NCBI GenBank assembly: GCA_964418385.1
Contig: CAYQLH010000002.1
Coordinates: 1-52,173 of the forward strand
DNA length: 52,173 nucleotides
Source of the DNA: an uncultured Pseudomonadales bacterium
Lineage (GTDB): Bacteria > Patescibacteriota > Microgenomatia > UBA1400 > PJMF01
Reading direction: 5' to 3'
Below, in pieces: positions 23,170 through 29,366 of the stretch (position 1 is the stretch's first letter; each line of letters starts with the position of its first letter). The position numbers were made by a program, and so were the translations under genes. The notes beneath the pieces were generated by a model. That model saw nothing but the letters and a program-made list of their open reading frames with translations, did not search any database and was not told the DNA's origin.

Positions 23170-26100
23170 TTAGTTGAGCGGTTGCCAGGAGTATAAACCG
23201 GTGTTGAGGTCAGCTTGACAAGCGTAGAAGGCTTTGTCGTTGGAATCGTAGTAAATCTTGCCTTCTGTATCGACAGCACAAACGCCCGCTGTCGTTTCGT
23301 CGATGGGTGAAAGCTGGAGGGCACCATCCACCTTGACATTGCCAGCGACTTCCAAAGCTTCCGTCGGGTTGGCAGTGCCGATACCGATGTTGCCGTTGGG
23401 GAGAATCGTGAAGCGAGTGGTGGCGGTGTTGTCGGCGTTGAGAGTGCGGATGTTGAAGCTGGTCTGGCTAGCGAGATCAAGATTGTTCTTCTTGGTGAGG
23501 CTATCCATAAAGATGTTGCCACGAACCATAAGGGTGGGCGTACCGTTACCGGCGAGATTGAGGAAACCAATGCTGGCACTGGAAGTAGCTTCGCCGCCCA
23601 AGAGGATGTCGCTGTTGGTGGTGGGGAAGATGACACCGGCGACTTGTTTCCAGAGCGATTGGGTGCCGTTGCTAGTGACGCCAGAATCGGTGACATAATT
23701 GATGTTGATCTGACCAATCTTAACTTCTTGGCTTTGTTTGCTGGCAGTCTTGATACGAATGGTGAGTCGATCACCAGCTTTGAAACCGAGATTGGAGAGT
23801 TGCTCGCCAGTGATGGTGGCAGGAGTGGTACCGAGGGCAGCGCTCATCCAAGAAGCAGCGGTTTCGCTGACAAGATTGCTGGCGACAGCGCCAATTTCAG
23901 TGCCGCCGCGATAGACTTCAAGCTGGACGTTGTTGAGGCTGGGATCGGTGCTGGTGGTAGCGTAATCGAGAGTGATCCCATTGGAACTCCACGAGGTGAA
24001 ATTTGAAGGTAGAGTGAGATTGATGGTGGCGTCGAAATCATTGAGGACAGCTAGATCTGCTGAAGACCAGGAATAGTAGTTGAAGCGGTAATTTTCACCG
24101 ACGGTTTGTGTGCCAGCAGTGAAAGTGCCGTTGTTGTGCGAGCCGTCGCCGCTGATAACGGCACCAGCGTACTCGGCGTCGAGAACAAGGCGACAAACGT
24201 TACCAGTGCAGTTGCTGGAGTTGGCGAGGGAGACAGCGTTTTCACCAGTGATACCGGTGGGTACAAAATCCGTGCCGTTGTAAATATAGAGCACTTGACC
24301 GACAGAATCGTAAACAATATCGCCCATTTGCTGACCCGCTTTGGCGTAGGGTTTGCCCACGGAAGTAGGCACCTGCAAACCTTGATTGTCGCCATAAGAG
24401 GTGTTGATACGGCCTTGAGCGGTAATGTTGTCGCTGGCGACAATCGTACCGTTGTCGGCAAATTGTAGTGAGAGACGACCATTGGTGTAGATGCTACCAG
24501 CAGAAGGCATGCGGGTGTGCGTGACGAGATCGAAGTCGTTGTAAGTATCGTAGACGGTGGTGGTATTGTCCGTGAGTTCGCTTACCAGGTAGTAATCATC
24601 AGAGTTGGAGAGGGAGCGGTAGAGACGGCGGGCGGTAACGTCCGGAGAAGAGGCGAGAGGAATATTGGTGATCTTGATGACGCGACCATCACCGGTGACG
24701 GAGATAGAATCGCTGGCGCTGGAGGGCGCGGACTCGCCTTTGGAAGTGACGTAAGTAACACGGTAGCGATATTTGCCGGTGCTGGAAAGATTGGAAGGCG
24801 TAGTGGACAAGTCTTCATCTGGAGTGATGTCGTAAGTGGAGGTAGAGGTGTTGTCACGAATGGTTTTGACGAAATAATAGGTATCGCCACCATCGCGTGT
24901 GCGGTAGAGATTGCGAGCAGTGACAGCGGGGTGAGAAGAGGTAGCGAGATCGTTGATGACAACAACTTTACCGGAGGTGCTCAATTTCAGCTCAGTCGCG
25001 GGACTAAGTGACGTTTGGGAACCATCAGAGGTGACGAAAGTGTAGGCGTATTTGTAAGTGCCGGGTTGAATTTTGGCATCAGGTTGGTCTTGAGTGGAGA
25101 CCTTGAGAGTGGATTCCGGAGAATCGATGCGGCGAAGGGCGTTTTGATTGACGATGTCTTCGCTGAGTGTCATTTTGCTGATATCTGGACCAGAGGCGTA
25201 TTCAAAAGCAATACTACCGTTGTTGATAGTTAGTTTTTGCTTGGTTTTGTTGGTGCCAAGACCGAGATTGCCATTTTTGTCGACTACAAGCGAGTTCCAA
25301 ATGGTTTGCGCGGCGGAGGAGCGGAAAGTAAGGCCGTCGTCACTATAAGTAATAGTGGAGTTTTTGCCGTTGAGACGGAGGTTGCCGTTGAGATTGAGGT
25401 TGGCAGATTGGGTGGCGGAACCGACATAAAGTTCGCCGTTGCCTGGAAGGAGATAGATATCGCCATTTTGTGAGACAAGATTGAGACCACCAACGTTAAT
25501 AATAGAAGTGTTGTTGGTGCCAAATTTGAGATTACCGTTGCTGTCGACGACAGGAATAGTATTGGCCGTGGCCGAAGCGCTGGCAGAGTAACCTTGCAGA
25601 GTTTCGCTATTAAGAGCAAAAGGAACAGATTTGATCAACTGGCGAGGGAAGAGCACTTCGTCATCGACAGTAATTTGTAGCCAGATATTGGAGTTTTCGG
25701 CAAAAATAGTGCCCAAAGTCTGACCACAATTGTAATCATCGTGACCATCGCCTTTGCCAGCACCGAGGTTAACAGTGAAAATACCAGAGCTACTGGGTTT
25801 GACGGTACAAAAACCACTATCCCAGAGAACCTCGCCACCAATGGGAGGAGGCGTGGTACCACCGCTAGTATTGTAAAGAGTGAAACGCATTTGTTTGGGA
25901 GCGGTGATGGATTTTTGGTCATAGTCGCTCAAGCGACCCTGGAAAGTCAGAATACGTGGCGGGGCGACAGCGGCTTGAGGGTCAGGGTTCTCAGCTGCAA
26001 AGTCGAGATTGGCGTTTTTGATAAGTTGGTTAATGCCAAAAATACAAGCGCCAACGCTAAAAACGCTAACAGCAAAAACTGGTAAATTGCGGGTAAGATT

Positions 26101-26652
26101 GAAGGTTTTGTCTGCATCGGCTGAAGATTGGAAGGCGCTGGTGTCGATTTTTTCGCCGGTAGTGTTGGTCATGCGTTTGGCAAAAAGTCGTTCATGATCC
26201 AGATAGTCGCTGGTGTCGCGAATTACTTGGGCTTCCTGGGCATGGACGCTGCCTTGTAAAATGGCCTCAATGCTACCCAATTGTTTGACGCGGGCGGCGA
26301 GCTGACTGCTTGTGGGACGGTCACCGAGGATATTTTGGATGTCACCCAATTGTTTAACGCGTGGACGTTTGATGTGGCGTACGCCTGACGCGTCAACTTT
26401 GCTACTGTTTGTTGTTGCCAATTTATTTGTTGTGTTCATAACTTTTTTTTTAGATTTTGTTTTCTTGGCAGAAGGTTTGGCACTTGCTTTACCACTCGCA
26501 GCTTTAACTTTGCTTTTGCTCGTTTTACTCGCTGGTTTTGATTTGAGGTAGGAGTTGAGCAATTGTCTGCGTTTGGTCGACGACGACTTGGTCGTGGCTC
26601 GCACAACTCGTCTGCCTTTTGCCGGTGTTTTACATTTCTTTTTGTCAGCCAT
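23170..26652 (-). CDS. Giant (1160-aa) type-II membrane surface protein: Lys-rich cytoplasmic tail, one TM, ~950-aa beta-rich tail-fibre/adhesin-like ectodomain
   Basis: aa 1-100 are K/S/A/T-rich (KKKCKTPAKGRR...KTSKSKVKAASGKASAKPSAKKTKSKKK). The TM is ~aa 190-210 (LPVFAVSVFSVGACIFGINQLI). The ectodomain is T/S/N/G-rich with two ~85-aa repeats and ends ...IGIGTANPTEALEVAGNVKVDGALQL...YYDSNDKAFYACQ, a motif style I associate with tail-fibre-like proteins. Confidence 0.75.
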   Translation of the reverse strand: MADKKKCKTPAKGRRVVRATTKSSSTKRRQLLNSYLKSKPASKTSKSKVKAASGKASAKPSAKKTKSKKKVMNTTNKLATTNSSKVDASGVRHIKRPRVKQLGDIQNILGDRPTSSQLAARVKQLGSIEAILQGSVHAQEAQVIRDTSDYLDHERLFAKRMTNTTGEKIDTSAFQSSADADKTFNLTRNLPVFAVSVFSVGACIFGINQLIKNANLDFAAENPDPQAAVAPPRILTFQGRLSDYDQKSITAPKQMRFTLYNTSGGTTPPPIGGEVLWDSGFCTVKPSSSGIFTVNLGAGKGDGHDDYNCGQTLGTIFAENSNIWLQITVDDEVLFPRQLIKSVPFALNSETLQGYSASASATANTIPVVDSNGNLKFGTNNTSIINVGGLNLVSQNGDIYLLPGNGELYVGSATQSANLNLNGNLRLNGKNSTITYSDDGLTFRSSAAQTIWNSLVVDKNGNLGLGTNKTKQKLTINNGSIAFEYASGPDISKMTLSEDIVNQNALRRIDSPESTLKVSTQDQPDAKIQPGTYKYAYTFVTSDGSQTSLSPATELKLSTSGKVVVINDLATSSHPAVTARNLYRTRDGGDTYYFVKTIRDNTSTSTYDITPDEDLSTTPSNLSSTGKYRYRVTYVTSKGESAPSSASDSISVTGDGRVIKITNIPLASSPDVTARRLYRSLSNSDDYYLVSELTDNTTTVYDTYNDFDLVTHTRMPSAGSIYTNGRLSLQFADNGTIVASDNITAQGRINTSYGDNQGLQVPTSVGKPYAKAGQQMGDIVYDSVGQVLYIYNGTDFVPTGITGENAVSLANSSNCTGNVCRLVLDAEYAGAVISGDGSHNNGTFTAGTQTVGENYRFNYYSWSSADLAVLNDFDATINLTLPSNFTSWSSNGITLDYATTSTDPSLNNVQLEVYRGGTEIGAVASNLVSETAASWMSAALGTTPATITGEQLSNLGFKAGDRLTIRIKTASKQSQEVKIGQININYVTDSGVTSNGTQSLWKQVAGVIFPTTNSDILLGGEATSSASIGFLNLAGNGTPTLMVRGNIFMDSLTKKNNLDLASQTSFNIRTLNADNTATTRFTILPNGNIGIGTANPTEALEVAGNVKVDGALQLSPIDETTAGVCAVDTEGKIYYDSNDKAFYACQADLNTGLYSWQPLN
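24526..25062 (-). repeat. Two tandem ~85-aa protein repeats inside the giant protein
   Basis: aa 531-615 read GTYKYAYTFVTSDGSQTSLSP...VVVINDLATSSHPAVTARNLYRTRDGGDTYYFVKTIRDNTST..YDITPDEDL. aa 626-709 read GKYRYRVTYVTSKGESAPSSA...VIKITNIPLASSPDVTARRLYRSLSNSDDYYLVSELTDNTTTVYDTYNDFDL. Confidence 0.8.
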
Positions 26653-26684
26653 AGCATTAGCTGTCTTATTTTTTCTCGAACATA

Positions 26685-26713
26685 ATGTTACTATAAATTT
26701 TTGAAGTTGTCAA
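26685..26713 (-). promoter_or_regulatory. Candidate sigma70-type promoter of the giant-protein/VirD4-like operon
   Basis: Minus strand reads TTGACA (26713-26708), 17 nt, TAACAT (26690-26685), about 32 nt upstream of ATG 26652. Confidence 0.45.
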
Positions 26714-27150
26714 TTGTTTTTGTGGGGTAATTTTAACATTGTTTATTTTTGCTTGGGTTTGTTAAAAAAATATATGCCTGGTATCGCCTGGAAAAAATCT
26801 TTAAAAAGCGAAGAACAATCAGTTCTTTGTATTTTTAATTTTGCTTTATATATCAAGAAATAATTACTTTATTATTAATAATATATCCTATAATAATTAT
26901 TTCTTTTAAATTTTATTATCTTATAATATTTTTTTCCACACATTTACGTCTGGAAATATGCGAAATTGAGTATAACTTTAGTGCGTGAAAGTGGCGGTGG
27001 AAAATTTGGCAAAATTCACACCAAAAAATTGGTATAATTTGATCTATAAGTTATGATAAATTGCTACTTTACAATTGACGCGAGTATGATAATATACGGG
27101 TATCGTTGAGCCTCTACTCACTCATTTGAGAGCATGCTCTCGATCGCGAA

Positions 27151-27200
27151 AGAGCATTGTTATACGTGGACTGTCCAGCGATAATAATGCTTTTTCTTTT
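27151..27200 (+). terminator. Long hairpin plus U-tract (intrinsic terminator or attenuator) in the intergenic region upstream of the sortase promoter
   Basis: AGAGCATTGTTAT (27151-27163) pairs with ATAATAATGCTTT (27181-27193) over 13 bp, including 2 G.U pairs. It encloses a second small stem (CG..GGA/TCC..CG) and is followed by TTCTTTT. Confidence 0.55.
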
Positions 27201-27241
27201 GCCTTCAGCGTGTATCAGTGAGTACGATTTGGTATTAATCA

Positions 27242-27269
27242 TTGACAAATCAGAATAATGTGGTATAAT
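27242..27269 (+). promoter_or_regulatory. Near-consensus promoter of the sortase gene (leaderless type)
   Basis: TTGACA (27242-27247), 16 nt including TGg, TATAAT (27264-27269), 8 nt, then ATG 27278. Confidence 0.7.
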
Positions 27270-27277
27270 ATAGGCTT

Positions 27278-28150
27278 ATGGTTGCGATATTGGAAGAGTG
27301 TAAAATAGTTTGCAGTCCATCGCCTGATACGAGGGCGAGTGTGCTTTGTTTTGCGCGGGTGCGTAGCCAATTTTACAATTACGAGCGTTTCGCGTATGCG
27401 CCGCAAGTGGTAGAGGCGGCGTTGGCAAATTATCGGCTACCGCAAGTGCGACGTTTTACTTGGACGGACGCAGTGCTGAATTTCATGATTGTTTTGGCCG
27501 CGGGGACGATTTTATTGTATGTTTTACCGGGAATGTGGAATCGTTTGATACCAGGTCATTCTCTTAGTCGTGAGTCACAGGTAATTGAGGAAACAGTACA
27601 ATCGCTTGTCAGTGCGACAGCGGTGGGCGATGGCGAGAAACTGACTGAGGCGTGGAATTTACCGGAAGGTTGGCAGCGTGGCAGTCATGAAAGTAGCGAT
27701 GCTCATCGCGTGGCGCCGGAATACGATTTGTCGCTTCCTGAAGGTCGCTGGGTAGTTAATAAAGATATTGGTTTGCAAGCACCCATTTATACCAACGAAA
27801 GCGTGGAAAACGTGGCGGAAGCGGATGCACTTTTGGAAAGAGGCATTTACATGTATCCACAGTATGATAGCATTGGTTGGAGCGGTCGTGAAGTGATTTT
27901 GGCGGGGCATCATTACAACATGACGATTTCCGATCAAAAAGCGGCGCAATCGTTTCAAAATTTGAATAAATTGCAGGTGGGCGACAAGGTGCAGATTGTG
28001 GATGACTACAAGATTTGGACGTATGAAATTTACAAAATTGAAGAATCGACGGAAATTACGGAGGAAAATCCAGATTTGATGATGTACACTTGCATTTACT
28101 GGTGGGACGCGAAATTGCGACTTTTTGTGTACGCACGGATAGTGGAGTAA
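27278..28150 (+). CDS. Sortase-family transpeptidase (membrane anchored)
   Basis: TM is AVLNFMIVLAAGTILLYVLPGMW. Catalytic His context is VILAGHHYN, Cys context is DLMMYTCIYW (TLxTC-like), and Arg context is LRLFVYARIV. Confidence 0.8.
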   Translation: MVAILEECKIVCSPSPDTRASVLCFARVRSQFYNYERFAYAPQVVEAALANYRLPQVRRFTWTDAVLNFMIVLAAGTILLYVLPGMWNRLIPGHSLSRESQVIEETVQSLVSATAVGDGEKLTEAWNLPEGWQRGSHESSDAHRVAPEYDLSLPEGRWVVNKDIGLQAPIYTNESVENVAEADALLERGIYMYPQYDSIGWSGREVILAGHHYNMTISDQKAAQSFQNLNKLQVGDKVQIVDDYKIWTYEIYKIEESTEITEENPDLMMYTCIYWWDAKLRLFVYARIVE

Positions 28151-28277
28151 GCGCACAGAGTTTTGTATTGGTAAAAACAGCGTTTTTGGGCTATAAATCA
28201 TTTTGTTGGTTGATGCAAACTGTTTGCTTTTGCGGGCGAGATAAAGTATAATATTTTTGATTTAAGCGAAAGGAAAG

Positions 28278-28604
28278 ATGCAACAATACGATACACGGAT
28301 CCAAGTGCGACTGGAAGAGAATTTAAAAAGGCAAGCGGAAAAAGTTTTTGACGGTTTGGGTGTGGATTTGCCGACGGCAATCCGTGTGTTTTTGCGCCAA
28401 AGTGTGATTCAAAACGGTTGGCCGTTTGGGATGATGGGTTTGGACGCGTTGCAAGATACGTGCACCAATACGGTGACACGTGAGCTTTTGGTGAGTGACG
28501 GGAGAGCTTACGAAGTGATGCGGACGCAGAAAACCTGTCAGTTGGCATCGGCGCGAACACGGGCCTTTTTGACGAGCGAGCAAGCAGAAAAACAGCAAAA
28601 GTGA
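28278..28604 (+). CDS. RelB/DinJ-family antitoxin-like protein (RHH), no adjacent toxin
   Basis: The N-terminus TRIQVRLEENLKRQAEKVFDGLGVDLPTAIRVFLRQSVIQNGWPF matches the DinJ pattern (i.vRld..lK..a..v...lGl..s.ai..fl.q......lPF). The C-terminal 55 aa are unassigned. Confidence 0.65.
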   Translation: MQQYDTRIQVRLEENLKRQAEKVFDGLGVDLPTAIRVFLRQSVIQNGWPFGMMGLDALQDTCTNTVTRELLVSDGRAYEVMRTQKTCQLASARTRAFLTSEQAEKQQK

Positions 28605-28666
28605 TCAGTTTTTTCTTGCGCATAAATACTGGTGTATAGTGTGAATATTGTTAATTTGTATAAATT

Positions 28667-29110
28667 ATGTCTACATTAGCGAATAAAAAGTTGGTGGTGC
28701 TGGCAAGAGCGCGACACAATGGTGAGCGGCGGTCTTTGGCTTTGGGGCAAGTGCAAGCGGGGTTTGCGACGTGGGCAGAGGATGAGATTGAGAAAGATTT
28801 AAGCATTGATGATTATTTAGTGGAGCATCCAGTGGGGACTTTTTTGGTGAAGGTGGCCGGAGAATCAATGATTGAAGCGGGAATTTTGCCTGGTGATGTG
28901 CTGGTGGTAGACCGGACGTTGACGGGTAAAAACGGGCAAATCGTGATTGCAGTGGTGGATGGCGATTTGACGGTGAAGCGTTTGGCGCAAGAAGATGGAC
29001 GAGTGGTGTTGCGAGCGGAAAACCGGAAATTTCCCAAAGTGATCATTCCAGAGGGGGCAGAGGTGGAAATCTGGGGTGTGGTGGTGGGCGTGGTGCGCAA
29101 AATGGCGTGA
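28667..29110 (+). CDS. umuD: UmuD-like S24 self-cleaving peptidase (error-prone polymerase V accessory subunit)
   Basis: Ala-Gly cleavage site context is QVQAGFATWAED, Ser nucleophile is AGESM, and Lys is TVKRL. It is colinear with E. coli UmuD (...[29 protein letters not shown]...IVIAAVDGEFTVKKL...). Confidence 0.8.
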   Translation: MSTLANKKLVVLARARHNGERRSLALGQVQAGFATWAEDEIEKDLSIDDYLVEHPVGTFLVKVAGESMIEAGILPGDVLVVDRTLTGKNGQIVIAVVDGDLTVKRLAQEDGRVVLRAENRKFPKVIIPEGAEVEIWGVVVGVVRKMA

Positions 29111-29112
29111 AA

Positions 29113-29145
29113 CAATTACAAATTCTAAATTGTAAATTATAAATT
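29113..29145 (+). repeat. AAATTNN heptad tract (5 phased copies) immediately after the umuD stop
   Basis: (C/A)AATT occurs at 29113, 29120, 29127, 29134 and 29141, exact period 7 (caattac aaattct aaattgt aaattat aaattaa). Similar phased tracts are at 31604-31615 and 41117-41154. Confidence 0.8.
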
Positions 29146-29154
29146 AAGTGGCTG

Positions 29155-29279
29155 ATTGCGTCATCACTCTACCGAAAAAAGTGCGAAAGTGTGAAAAATG
29201 GTGTGCGAGAATTGCGGCTGTATAAAGCCTAAATTTGACTTTGTACTCCCTATGGAGCACAAGTAAAAGGCGAAAATTG
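29155..29279 (+). repeat. 125-bp intergenic direct repeat, copy A
   Basis: attgcgtcatcactctaccgaaaaaagtgcgaaagtgtgaaaaatggtgtgcg...aagcctaaatttgactttgtactccctatggagcacaagtaaaaggcgaaaattg. I count 13 mismatches in 125 against 31631-31755, with no gaps. Confidence 0.9.
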
Positions 29280-29328
29280 GCAGTTAGAGCTTGACGCGGT
29301 TTGGCTTGAATTATAAGACGCTGGCTGC

Positions 29329-29357
29329 TTGACAATCGGAGAGAGTAAAAGTACAAT
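29329..29357 (+). promoter_or_regulatory. Consensus-like promoter of the 716-aa membrane protein gene
   Basis: TTGACA (29329-29334), 17 nt, TACAAT (29352-29357), 9 nt, then GTG 29367. Confidence 0.65.
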
Positions 29358-29366
29358 TAAGCTGTT

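Noticed and set aside
26925-27010. Possible second origin-like region: TTTTTCCACAC at ~26932 and GGTGGAAAAT at ~26996, within a very AT-rich gap
   Set aside because: There are only two box-like sites, about 60 bp apart, in a promoter-rich divergent intergenic region. This is far weaker than the six-box cluster at 2434-2694.
28605-28666. SOS (LexA) box upstream of umuD
   Set aside because: I found no CTGT-N8-ACAG or GAAC-N4-GTTC type palindrome. ACTGGTGTATAGTGTGAAT is not symmetric. I cannot call an SOS box from sequence alone.
29144-29356. 70-aa minus-strand ORF over repeat copy A, and the 110-aa ORF 31694..32026 over copy B
   Set aside because: The two repeat copies do not preserve a common reading frame or start. 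Substitutions are not biased to third positions. I treat the repeat as non-coding.
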